Of a DNA stretch of 64,000 nucleotides, positions 10,383 to 19,285 are shown piece after piece. Each line of letters starts with the position of its first letter. The first letter of the stretch is position 1. The notes below the pieces were generated by a model. The model saw nothing but the letters and a program-made list of their open reading frames with translations. It was not told where the DNA came from and searched no databases. The translations under genes were made by a program, and so were the position numbers. The stretch comes from a virus: IMG/VR virus record IMGVR_UViG_3300027754_003435. One strand, written 5' to 3'.

Positions 10383-11012
10383 TTAAATTTCTATATCTTT
10401 CCAATTTTTATTTGCAATAGTTTTCATTGCCCACTTACCCATGTTGTTTGCAACACTATAATAGTTATGGTTTCCAATTTGTTCAAGCAAGTCAGATTCA
10501 AATATAAAAGGTCTGCCTTTTACTTTTGTCATGAATTGCCCACCTTTGCCCATTTGTCTATCATTGAATTGCATTGTTCTTCCATATCCTGGATAATCTG
10601 AACACTGGTTTGTACCGATTAGAATAGAACCATCACCACCCCTTGGTATAAGCAAAATAGAATCTTGCATATACTCTTCACCCAATCTTCTTAAATCTGC
10701 TTCAAGTTTTCCTTTATCTTGTAAATCAACAACAAAGAAAACATCTTCACGTACTTCAATTGCTTCAGGTGTTCCGTAGTTTTCAATGTAAGCACCTTTA
10801 ACTGCTGTTGTTCCATACCCCATCATTTCAAGTTTTGCTTTTAATTGCGCATTTCTTTTTTTGTTATCCTGTAATGCGTAGGGTAAATCTTCAGGTAAAC
10901 CACACCCTTCTTTAGAGCGGAAGGCTGTAATTGTACCGCAATCGTGCATTTCCATGTGGTAAACCAATCTCGATAAACCACTTTCTTTTAATATGTTACT
11001 TAGTTTTGACAT
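10383..11012 (-). CDS. Conserved large-phage protein with KLxxILxE leader
   Basis: SGLSRL..H...CGTITAFR and Y.QDSIL motifs; preceded by the late-type motif. Confidence 0.65.
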   Translation of the reverse strand: MSKLSNILKESGLSRLVYHMEMHDCGTITAFRSKEGCGLPEDLPYALQDNKKRNAQLKAKLEMMGYGTTAVKGAYIENYGTPEAIEVREDVFFVVDLQDKGKLEADLRRLGEEYMQDSILLIPRGGDGSILIGTNQCSDYPGYGRTMQFNDRQMGKGGQFMTKVKGRPFIFESDLLEQIGNHNYYSVANNMGKWAMKTIANKNWKDIEI

Positions 11013-11045
11013 AATGCTTCTCTATGAGTAAACGAATTTGTTTAC

Positions 11046-11053
11046 TATAAATA
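11046..11053 (-). promoter_or_regulatory. Putative late promoter motif TATTTATA
   Basis: About 33 nt upstream of the 11012 start; recurs upstream of structural genes. Confidence 0.45.
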
Positions 11054-11059
11054 TATAAT

Positions 11060-11566
11060 TTATTGTTTATCCGTTGAACCAAACCCACCTTGGCCACGGT
11101 TTGTATCGGATAGTTTCTCTACTTCTACGAATTTTACTCTTGGATACGGAATAATAACCAATTGTGCAACTCTATCGCCAACAACTGGAATAGTTCCTTC
11201 TACCGCTCCTGAATAAGGCAATTCAAATCTCACAAGGATTTCACCACGATAATTTGAATCTATAACTCCAACTGAATTTTTCAATGAAACTCCGGCTGCT
11301 GCTTTTGTGATTGAACTTCTTGGAAATAAAAGTCCAACATGATTCGCTGGAATCTGTACCGCAATACCAGTTCCAAATTCCATAAAAGTATCTGTAACTC
11401 TAAATGAAGTCGCTGTTAAATCCATACCAGCATCACCGTCTTGTGAGTATTCTGGTTTAACTGCGTCTGGACTTAACTTTACATACGTAATAGGTAAATT
11501 TAATCTGTTCTTAAATGATTCCTCAGCCAAACTCTCATCCCATCTTCTTTGCCACGTCTGTACCAT
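11060..11566 (-). CDS. dut: Trimeric dUTPase
   Basis: DAGMDL, PRSS, GVIDSNYRGEI, RVAQL, RGQGGFGST. Start placed at 11566, 8 nt after AAGGAG. Confidence 0.95.
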   Translation of the reverse strand: MVQTWQRRWDESLAEESFKNRLNLPITYVKLSPDAVKPEYSQDGDAGMDLTATSFRVTDTFMEFGTGIAVQIPANHVGLLFPRSSITKAAAGVSLKNSVGVIDSNYRGEILVRFELPYSGAVEGTIPVVGDRVAQLVIIPYPRVKFVEVEKLSDTNRGQGGFGSTDKQ

Positions 11567-11588
11567 TTTCATAACTCCTTTATTTATA

Positions 11589-12428
11589 TTAAATCGATTG
11601 TAAATATGAACCGCCAATATTCCAAAATAATACTTTTCCGTCTAATTTCCCAATGTTTTCTTCTAACCAGAACCACATTTTTTTATCCCAAAACTCATTA
11701 CAATCAAACGGTACTGAATAATCCAACATCATATCGTCAAAAGCAAATGGCGATTTATAAATGTGAATATTATTATTACCACCTGCTCCATTTTGTTCTA
11801 ATATTTTTCTTGTTGATTTTATCGATGACATTGTAATACCATGAACTTGCCTTCTGTTACTAACAACATCTCGCCAATCTGTATAATGTAAGAATGAATT
11901 TATAAGTCCAGAACACGTTACACCACTACCCATAGAAACAACTAAGTGGTCAAAGTCATTATCCGCCAATACTTCTTTCATTCTACTACCCATGTATGCA
12001 ATATACATTGGATGATTGAATGCGTATGGTAACATTTGCCATCCATTCTCTGCTGCTTGTTTCTTTACACGATTGTTTAGTATCGCCATTATGTTTGGTT
12101 TAAGTGGATTTAATTTTCCACCGTTACCCAATACTTTTTCAATTAAGTTTGGAGGAAACTTCTTTGTTTCCGGATAAGAAGAAATAAATTCTATGCCTTC
12201 TTCTTTACAAAGTCCAGATAGAACCCAACCTGTCCAACTTCCGTATACTGAAAGGTGTGTTAGTGGTTTGCTTTTATCAACAGCAGGACTTCTTAGAATT
12301 TGTTTAATTCCTTCTATCTTTGCCCACCTTGGATAATTTATTCCATCACCAACTAAATCATCACGCTTAACCCAAACTTTCTTTCCTTTGAGTTCGTATT
12401 CTTCAATCGGTGTTTGTATTAAATCCAT
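11589..12428 (-). CDS. Fold-type-II PLP-dependent enzyme (ACC deaminase / D-cysteine desulfhydrase-like, divergent)
   Basis: TPIE..WVKRDD, putative Schiff-base Lys in RWAK, phosphate loop SMGSGVT, C-terminal VLFWNIGG. Confidence 0.75.
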   Translation of the reverse strand: MDLIQTPIEEYELKGKKVWVKRDDLVGDGINYPRWAKIEGIKQILRSPAVDKSKPLTHLSVYGSWTGWVLSGLCKEEGIEFISSYPETKKFPPNLIEKVLGNGGKLNPLKPNIMAILNNRVKKQAAENGWQMLPYAFNHPMYIAYMGSRMKEVLADNDFDHLVVSMGSGVTCSGLINSFLHYTDWRDVVSNRRQVHGITMSSIKSTRKILEQNGAGGNNNIHIYKSPFAFDDMMLDYSVPFDCNEFWDKKMWFWLEENIGKLDGKVLFWNIGGSYLQSI

Positions 12429-13924
12429 TTGAATATTCCACTATTATTACCAATAAGTTCGCCCTTCATTTTCTTATGTGAGAATCCATGAATCTTTTCA
12501 AAGTTATCACCAATTACATGAAGCATCTTTTTTCTATTACGAAAGTTTATTTCTTTATCATTTAGAATTATATCTTCAATATATCCTTTGAAGTTTGTAC
12601 CTTTTTGAAAAGCACGTTTCTCTTGTTCAATAACTTCTTTAGGCAAGTACGGTCTGAATGCATCTGCGAGTGGAAGTTTCCATTGAGATTTATCAGATAA
12701 AAATTCGTTCGTTAAGTTAGTAGTGTAATCTAAAAAATCAATATCGAAAAACGGGCAACGTAATTCTATTGTTCCATAATACATGAAAACAGTATTACCG
12801 CGTAATAAATTACCATAGTATTGCTTTTCAAATAATTTCTTTCTAATATCCGACCAGTCTGGCTTCTTACTAAACATCCGTATCATTCCATAAGAACCAT
12901 ACGCTTCATCAGATCCTTCACCACTAAACGCAACTTTTATTCCATCCTTTGCCATCTGTTCCGCTATAAACGATTGTAGAATACCAACTTGCATTTGAAC
13001 TGTAGATGGATATTCAATAACTCGTATTGATTCTAAAAATCTTTGCTTCAAGAGTTCCACGTTTCTTGGAACTAAAACTTCAACCAATTGAACACCTAAA
13101 TGTTTTGCAACTATTCTTGCGTATTTCAAGTCAGGTGAATCTTCATCAAAAGCAATTGTATACGCTTTTAAGTTTGGTATTTTAGTAGATAATAAATACG
13201 TTATAACAGCGGAATCAATCCCACCAGACAACGAAGTTGCAATAGGTACATCAGATAACAATCTTTTACTTACCGCGTTCTCCAGTAGATTGTACGTTGT
13301 TGTACTGCATTCTTCATGTGTTTCGGGTGAAGTTGTTTCGTTTGAAAAGTTAAAATAGTAATCTTTATGAACTATTATTTTATCGGTACTCAGATCAATT
13401 TCAATCAAAGAATTTTTCGGTACAAACTTAATGTCAGCGTTCGGTAATTGTTTAACAATAGATTTTATTTCACTTGCAATAATGTAAGTGTTATTGTTAA
13501 AAATATAGAGTGGTAACTTACCAACCCAATCACGTGAAAGAATTAGCTTTCCGTTATCCCAAATAACAAAAGAAAACATACCGTTAAGTCTTTTCAATTC
13601 TTGTTCTTTGTACACAAACAGTATAAGTTCTGAATCTGAATTTGATTTAAACTTATATCCCCTTTCTTCGTATTCTTTTCTTAGTTCAGGATAATTCCAT
13701 ATTTCGCCATTAACTACTAAGTGAATACCTTTCCATTCCATCGGTTGATTGCCTGCGGCAGAAGTATCGTTAATGGCAAGGCGATTATGTCCAAGTATAA
13801 CTTTTCTATCGCCCCAAGAAAATTCTTTTATACCACGGTTATCTTTACCACGGTGAGCGATGGTTTCCAACATATTATCAACATCAGTTTTAGTATAACC
13901 GACGGTTGCTATTATACCGCACAT
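12419..13924 (-). CDS. Asparagine-synthetase-B-like glutamine amidotransferase / ATP-dependent amide ligase
   Basis: Ntn Cys2 (MCGI), HNRLAI, NGEIWN, RDWVGKLPLY, PP-loop SLSGGIDS, SGEGSDE, ELRCPFFD. Confidence 0.9.
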   Translation of the reverse strand: MCGIIATVGYTKTDVDNMLETIAHRGKDNRGIKEFSWGDRKVILGHNRLAINDTSAAGNQPMEWKGIHLVVNGEIWNYPELRKEYEERGYKFKSNSDSELILFVYKEQELKRLNGMFSFVIWDNGKLILSRDWVGKLPLYIFNNNTYIIASEIKSIVKQLPNADIKFVPKNSLIEIDLSTDKIIVHKDYYFNFSNETTSPETHEECSTTTYNLLENAVSKRLLSDVPIATSLSGGIDSAVITYLLSTKIPNLKAYTIAFDEDSPDLKYARIVAKHLGVQLVEVLVPRNVELLKQRFLESIRVIEYPSTVQMQVGILQSFIAEQMAKDGIKVAFSGEGSDEAYGSYGMIRMFSKKPDWSDIRKKLFEKQYYGNLLRGNTVFMYYGTIELRCPFFDIDFLDYTTNLTNEFLSDKSQWKLPLADAFRPYLPKEVIEQEKRAFQKGTNFKGYIEDIILNDKEINFRNRKKMLHVIGDNFEKIHGFSHKKMKGELIGNNSGIFKWI

Positions 13925-13925
13925 A

Positions 13926-14624
13926 TTATTTATTGAGTATGGTTAATAATTCTTTAGTTTTTTTAAGTTCATTGTTCATCTTACCGATGTGGCAGGAACA
14001 CGCTAATACACTAACCTTTCCTAATTCTAAATCACTTTCTTTTGCTAAAAACTTACCCATACTAACTAAAGCAGAATAATCAGCGTAACCACTCTTAGAA
14101 ACTCTATTGGAACGTAGAACAGAAGTTAAATACAACTTACCATTCCGTGGCTTCAAGTCAATCATTAACATACAAGGTTGAGAATACGGATTGCGTGAAT
14201 CACGTGATGGGTCAAATATAATTAACTCACAACGTTTAACTGCTTTACCTTGTTTCAAAATCTTAATAACGTTTTCAACTTGATTAAACGTACCTTGCCA
14301 ACTAATCATTCTTCCCCAATAGGACTGATGCCAATGATCTTTAATGAACTGGTATTCCAATCCTTCTTCTACTTGAAAGAAATCGTTAATTGGTTTTTTA
14401 GGTTTAGGTTCTACGAAAGTAACCGAAGAAGCAAAATCAATTCTATCATCACCCATTATTTCTCTGAAGTGTGAATCAAACCAATCATCACTTTCAAATT
14501 GAGTAATTTCCATCATTACATTTAATTCTTCAATTAATTCACCGACTTTTTCCCCTTTTTCTAACAAATGCTTAGAAACTTTTACCCAAGCGTCACCGGG
14601 AGATACCGCTTCTATAACTGTCAT
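13926..14624 (-). CDS. Thymidylate-synthase-fold pyrimidine C5 transferase (dCMP-hydroxymethylase-like, atypical)
   Basis: YWGRM, catalytic PC (SQPCML), RSNRVSKSGYADY with Asp at the specificity position, SCHIG in place of the HxY motif. Confidence 0.75.
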   Translation of the reverse strand: MTVIEAVSPGDAWVKVSKHLLEKGEKVGELIEELNVMMEITQFESDDWFDSHFREIMGDDRIDFASSVTFVEPKPKKPINDFFQVEEGLEYQFIKDHWHQSYWGRMISWQGTFNQVENVIKILKQGKAVKRCELIIFDPSRDSRNPYSQPCMLMIDLKPRNGKLYLTSVLRSNRVSKSGYADYSALVSMGKFLAKESDLELGKVSVLACSCHIGKMNNELKKTKELLTILNK

Positions 14625-14633
14625 ATATCACCA

Positions 14634-14891
14634 TTATAAATTTTCAATTGCAATTTCGTAATTTCTTTTAGAAACTAAACCAGTAATTCTGTTTACTTCA
14701 ACACCGTTTTTCATAAATATTACAGTAGGAACTCCACGAACACCATGCATCGATGCTTCATCTGGATTATTGTCCACATCAATAAGTTTATAATTGACAT
14801 TTGGACGTTTAAGTAAGATTTCACTCATAATGGGTTTAAGTTGTTTACATGGCATACACCAAGAGGCTGTGTAATGTTTAATGGTAATCAT
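14634..14891 (-). CDS. Thioredoxin
   Basis: WCMPC, VRGVPT; 85 aa. Confidence 0.93.
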   Translation of the reverse strand: MITIKHYTASWCMPCKQLKPIMSEILLKRPNVNYKLIDVDNNPDEASMHGVRGVPTVIFMKNGVEVNRITGLVSKRNYEIAIENL

Positions 14892-14923
14892 ATCCGTCCT
14901 TAAATGAAAATGAATTATTTATA

Positions 14924-14931
14924 CAAATATA
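14924..14931 (-). promoter_or_regulatory. Bacteroidota-type -7 promoter element TATATTTG
   Basis: Context AATAATTCCGTATATTTGTA; heads the thioredoxin-TS-AsnB-PLP-dut operon. Confidence 0.6.
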
Positions 14932-14960
14932 CGGAATTATTTTGAGATAATTAATTTTAA

Positions 14961-15227
14961 TTATTCTTCATAATCGTGTATCTTCACATCAACTGGTCTT
15001 TCTTGTAACTGCCGAAACGCAGTATACATATCTTCTAAACTTTCACTCATTAAGGTTGGAGAGCCATTTGGGTACAATGGCACTTGTTTTTCATCGGTTA
15101 TAACTTCATATACCTTGGTGTCATATACAATAAGGTGTCCGATATAATCACCATCTAAATCATTTGGATCAACGTAGTTGTACAATTCTACAATTTTACC
15201 CAGCTTGAATAATTCAGAATTAGTCAT
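14961..15227 (-). CDS. Hypothetical acidic protein
   Basis: 88-aa ORF; AGGA upstream. Confidence 0.6.
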   Translation of the reverse strand: MTNSELFKLGKIVELYNYVDPNDLDGDYIGHLIVYDTKVYEVITDEKQVPLYPNGSPTLMSESLEDMYTAFRQLQERPVDVKIHDYEE

Positions 15228-15254
15228 CTCTAAAGTCCTATATTAATAATAATT

Positions 15255-18002
15255 TTATATACTAAGTCTTATATGCACGTTTACTTCATTGTGTAAAGTT
15301 TTCTTTACAGGTCTACTCAATTTTGCAATGGCGAGTAAGTTTCCTATATCATCATACAAACCAATAGTTGTTATATACACAACTGGATCTTGTATAAAAC
15401 ATGGATATTTTAAAACTTTTATATTTTCAAAATTTACACCTTCGATGAATGTAGTACCACCAGTTTTAAGAGTTACAACTTTTGGCTTGGAAAAAGTTGG
15501 ATTATTACTGAAGTTACTTACATAAACTGGAACTTTAACAGAATAATGTGATGTATTTTTATAAACTACATTTCTAGCTTTCATAGGATAGCCCAATGCT
15601 GCTGCACCACTTATTGCGGTATGTATTTTGAATGCGTTATCACCTTCAATATTACTACCAGTAACCGTGTTAAAGTTTAAGTACGAATTTAACATATTTG
15701 CATCTAATTGTATAATGCCTAATTGAGGAAATACTTTTCCGTATGTTGTGAACTGAGGATTTGTATCTATACTGCCAGTGCCATTGTTATATATACCGTT
15801 ACCTAAACTACCACTTACTATATCATATGAAAATACATTTGGAGAATCTAAGGAAACTTGGTCAGTATTATCTAATGAATTATCAATTAACTGTAATATT
15901 TTACCCTGATTGTTCACTTTTACATTACTGCCAGTATGGTAATTATTCGCAAAGAAACTACCAGATAACTCAGCTAAATTTATTTGAAAATTACCAACAT
16001 CCAATTTATCACCGAACCACTTATTGCGGAAATTTATTAAATAAATATCATTTGAAACAGAAGAAGTAGTGTTATTATAATAAGTAAAATCTTGGCTATA
16101 ATCTTCGGTACATAGTAATCTATACTGTGAATAGGTTGATCGTGTTGCTGTATTCTTTGGTGAAAATTCATCATGTAACGAACCAGAACCATTTTTATTA
16201 CCGTAAACAACTGAAAAATAAGGTGTCTGTGTACAAGAATCACAATCTTCTATATCATAAAAATATGAACTACTGCTTGTTGAGCCGGTAATATAGCAAT
16301 TTAATTCGTCAACACCATTAAAAAGTCCATTAACAGTTCGTAATAAAGTATTTTTTATTATATCATTCGCATCAAATCTTACAACAGTTTTGTGCAAGGA
16401 TGGTGGAAATTTACATGGATACGAACTAACAAGAAAAGAAGATAACGGCTTTAGTAAATCTGAGTTTGTAAGATTTACGGTATTGCCATTCAGTTGAGTT
16501 GGAACGGGCAATAGTTCGTGTAATTCAAGTGGCGTTTGTCTTCCTTTCTTATATTGACTAAAGACTTCTGCTTTTACTTGGTCTGGACAAATACGATACG
16601 TTTCTTCATACGCTACTAATCTACAACCACACTCAGCAAATTCTTTAGCAACTGCTGGTTGAAGATATTTAATATCTATACAAGAACAACCTTGTAAATC
16701 TCTGTTGAGTTTTTGATCATCATATTCTATGATTGTTTTTAGTACGGTTTCAATACTAGAAGAATAGAACGTTGTATAATTTACACCATCTTCTTGCATA
16801 TCCGCTGTTATGCCAGGTAATAATGTCTCATTTACTGTAGGTGATCCAACGAAATTTGGATTTCTAATTGAAGCGTCACCTATACATACTTTTTTGTAAT
16901 ATACCTTATAGGTTTCTGTAGTTGTATACGTTGCTTCAAGTCCATCATAACAAGTTCTATATGGAATAGGTACTCTTCGTTGAATATTAACCAACATTCT
17001 AGTTGGAGAAAATATTTGCACATCATCGTCATCTGGTAATTTTACATAATCACGTATTTTATTTAACGTGTAGGATATATCTTTTAAATTATTTGCTTTT
17101 TTTATACTATCCAATAAATCTAAAGATATATTGTATGCGTTTGTTGTAAGAAAAGAAGAGAGTATTTTATCTTTATTGAATAGATTAGGGATTAATGCCA
17201 ACACATCATCTTGTGTTATTAAATTATTATTTGAATCCGCAAATCTGAATTTTGGAAAACCACTACCAACGGGATAATAAGCATTGTCTGGTTGAACTTC
17301 AATGTAAATTTTCCAAGTATCATCAGTAGTTGTTACACCATTTCTTATTATTGTGTATATTACACCCTCATTAGTCCACAAACCAAGTGGATTATTTGCC
17401 CGTAAGTCATTTGGCTTTTGATTATAAATCGGTGCTATTGTATTCAATGACCATTGCCAGCGTGTACCATCTTCTTTTAATATAGAAGTATCATCTTCTA
17501 CAATGTGAACCCCATTAGTATCTTTCTTTCTAAACTTGAAATCTCTAGCTAGAATAGCAACTGTTTTGAACGTAGATACAAAACGACCACCTGTTTGAGT
17601 ATCAGTCCAATTTAAAGTAGTAACCAAATCTGAGTATGGAAATCCACCGTCAAACCAGATAGAACCATCAGACAATATTATATAATGATTACCATTTTCT
17701 AACTTACCGTTTATAGCATCTGTGATACTCAAATCATTTATAGTAGCGTTATCATACAAATACGGTAAGTTAACAGAAATCAACGCCCCATCTTTTGCAT
17801 ATAATTTTTTATCAATAGTAATCGGTGTAGTATCTGCTAATGTGGATCTTACCAATTTCTGCTTAGAAACCAAATACTTGATAGGTAATGTATATCTCCA
17901 ATTACCATTAAAATCCGTTAGTTCTGATTGGAATGGTAAATTTTCTCTTTCATATTCTACCCATGGGGTATATTGACACAATGATATATTTTGATCTGCC
18001 AT
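15255..18002 (-). CDS. Large virion structural protein (baseplate/tail-associated, putative)
   Basis: C-terminal YITTIGLYDD.GNLLAIAKLSRP resembles collar/baseplate attachment domains; N/S/T-rich. Confidence 0.6.
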   Translation of the reverse strand: MADQNISLCQYTPWVEYERENLPFQSELTDFNGNWRYTLPIKYLVSKQKLVRSTLADTTPITIDKKLYAKDGALISVNLPYLYDNATINDLSITDAINGKLENGNHYIILSDGSIWFDGGFPYSDLVTTLNWTDTQTGGRFVSTFKTVAILARDFKFRKKDTNGVHIVEDDTSILKEDGTRWQWSLNTIAPIYNQKPNDLRANNPLGLWTNEGVIYTIIRNGVTTTDDTWKIYIEVQPDNAYYPVGSGFPKFRFADSNNNLITQDDVLALIPNLFNKDKILSSFLTTNAYNISLDLLDSIKKANNLKDISYTLNKIRDYVKLPDDDDVQIFSPTRMLVNIQRRVPIPYRTCYDGLEATYTTTETYKVYYKKVCIGDASIRNPNFVGSPTVNETLLPGITADMQEDGVNYTTFYSSSIETVLKTIIEYDDQKLNRDLQGCSCIDIKYLQPAVAKEFAECGCRLVAYEETYRICPDQVKAEVFSQYKKGRQTPLELHELLPVPTQLNGNTVNLTNSDLLKPLSSFLVSSYPCKFPPSLHKTVVRFDANDIIKNTLLRTVNGLFNGVDELNCYITGSTSSSSYFYDIEDCDSCTQTPYFSVVYGNKNGSGSLHDEFSPKNTATRSTYSQYRLLCTEDYSQDFTYYNNTTSSVSNDIYLINFRNKWFGDKLDVGNFQINLAELSGSFFANNYHTGSNVKVNNQGKILQLIDNSLDNTDQVSLDSPNVFSYDIVSGSLGNGIYNNGTGSIDTNPQFTTYGKVFPQLGIIQLDANMLNSYLNFNTVTGSNIEGDNAFKIHTAISGAAALGYPMKARNVVYKNTSHYSVKVPVYVSNFSNNPTFSKPKVVTLKTGGTTFIEGVNFENIKVLKYPCFIQDPVVYITTIGLYDDIGNLLAIAKLSRPVKKTLHNEVNVHIRLSI

Positions 18003-18051
18003 AATATAACTTTTTATCTATTAAATGTATTAAAAACGTAACAATTCATAT

Positions 18052-18405
18052 TTAACCAATTGCAGAATATATTACACCGAACTCTTGTGAGCTAAATTGT
18101 TCTTTTGCAGCAGATAATAATATGCTTTTAATTTCTGTTATATATTGATCGATGAAATAGTGTGAGCCTTCTTCTGCTTTTACGATTTCTTTTACCGCTT
18201 CTAATACTTTTTGGTATTTTTTATCACCAACTAATTTTGCAAGTTCAAGAAGTCCTGATACCATGTCTTTATCTTCTTCACAGAACTTAATTATTTTTTT
18301 AACAGAAGTTTCTACTTTTTTATCGAGGCCTTCAACTTCTTCACGAATCTGTTTTAATACATCACCTGCTTCTGCTAACAGTTGTGTTCTTGATGATATG
18401 TTCAT
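18052..18405 (-). CDS. Hypothetical helical protein, paralog of 19286..19657
   Basis: Shares the pattern V.K..KF...L.ELAK...KK.Q..L.A...I...EGS. Confidence 0.65.
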   Translation of the reverse strand: MNISSRTQLLAEAGDVLKQIREEVEGLDKKVETSVKKIIKFCEEDKDMVSGLLELAKLVGDKKYQKVLEAVKEIVKAEEGSHYFIDQYITEIKSILLSAAKEQFSSQEFGVIYSAIG

Positions 18406-18408
18406 TTT

Positions 18409-18615
18409 TTAACTCCTACGAGATAAGATAAAATAAAGTCCAAAAAATAATAGAGCTACCGAATAAAATATAATATCGGTAAGTATGTAGCTCCCCGTAA
18501 ATTTCATCACTAAAGCAAAAGCCGCATCGAATCCAAGAGGATTGAAGAATGTCCCAAGCACTAAACATATTTTTGCCAATACATTTCTGTATTCTTTTTG
18601 TTTTTTTTCTGACAT
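18409..18615 (-). CDS. Small multi-pass membrane protein
   Basis: 68 aa with 2-3 hydrophobic segments and basic termini. Confidence 0.55.
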   Translation of the reverse strand: MSEKKQKEYRNVLAKICLVLGTFFNPLGFDAAFALVMKFTGSYILTDIIFYSVALLFFGLYFILSRRS

Positions 18616-18664
18616 TCCACCATCCCATTTAGAGTTGCCTTAATGTGATAAATACGATTGTATC

Positions 18665-18672
18665 TATAAATA
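18665..18672 (-). promoter_or_regulatory. Putative late promoter motif TATTTATA
   Basis: Directly downstream of a terminator and upstream of 18615. Confidence 0.4.
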
Positions 18673-18681
18673 TGGGATAAA

Positions 18682-18709
18682 TAAAAAAGGGTGATGTTTC
18701 CATCACCCT
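18682..18709 (-). terminator. Rho-independent terminator
   Basis: AGGGTGATG-GAAA-CATCACCCT followed by a T-run on the minus strand. Confidence 0.8.
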
Positions 18710-18714
18710 AATTT

Positions 18715-18894
18715 CTATTGCTTTGCTACCTTAGCTTCCGTCACAGAAGCCTGGTTATACGGTGTAATTAATTTCTTAATTCCACCTGCTGCTTTACGAG
18801 CAATTGCAGCGTCTTTCTTTTTTGTTGAATTGTGAGCTACCACAAACTCATTGAACAAATTTGAAATCTGTTCAAATAATTCTTGTTTAGTCAT
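18715..18894 (-). CDS. Histone H1-like Hc1-family DNA-binding protein (59 aa)
   Basis: Hand-translated MTKQELFEQISNLFNEFVVAHNSTKKKDAAIARKAAGGIKKLITPYNQASVTEAKVAKQ; AGGAG upstream, terminator downstream; below the ORF-track cutoff. Confidence 0.7.
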   Translation of the reverse strand: MTKQELFEQISNLFNEFVVAHNSTKKKDAAIARKAAGGIKKLITPYNQASVTEAKVAKQ

Positions 18895-18960
18895 AACAAG
18901 TCTCCTAACTTATAAAAAATGTGTGTTATAGTTCTATGGATTCATTTTAAAAATTATTAT

Positions 18961-19233
18961 TTATTTTACTTTATCCAATCCATCAATTCTTTCATGTAAG
19001 AATTTTATTTCTTTTTCAATCTTTGAACCGAAACTGTCAATTCTGGAATCTAGTGTTCTTCTGATTTCTCTTTCATTATCAACAATAATTCTATCCATCG
19101 TATCTTGGTTTCTAACTAAATTATTTAGTTCTTTGTTTGTTTTGTTTATTCTGAACATACCCACAACTACAACTGCAACTGCCGTTAAAACTGTAACTGC
19201 ACATATACCCATAAAAAATGATGTAATATCCAT
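18961..19233 (-). CDS. Single-TM coiled-coil protein
   Basis: N-terminal hydrophobic helix followed by heptads; AAGGAG upstream. Confidence 0.65.
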   Translation of the reverse strand: MDITSFFMGICAVTVLTAVAVVVVGMFRINKTNKELNNLVRNQDTMDRIIVDNEREIRRTLDSRIDSFGSKIEKEIKFLHERIDGLDKVK

Positions 19234-19285
19234 AACTATACTCCTTCATTATTCCAAAGAACTATAACACCTTTAACTATTTAAT

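Noticed and set aside
12419-13924. Ordinary asparagine synthetase auxiliary metabolic gene (asnB)
   Set aside because: The fold is clear, but coupling to TS-fold and PLP genes in a nucleotide operon makes Asn synthesis the less parsimonious reading. Not excluded; symbol withheld.
13926-14624. Canonical thymidylate synthase (thyA)
   Set aside because: It lacks the dUMP-specific Asn, the RSxD Asp and the HxY Tyr, so the symbol was not assigned.
18416-18628. Alternative 70-aa minus-strand ORF (MGWWNVRKK...)
   Set aside because: It overlaps the 68-aa membrane protein in another frame; the latter fits the spacing with the downstream gene and has a coherent TM pattern.
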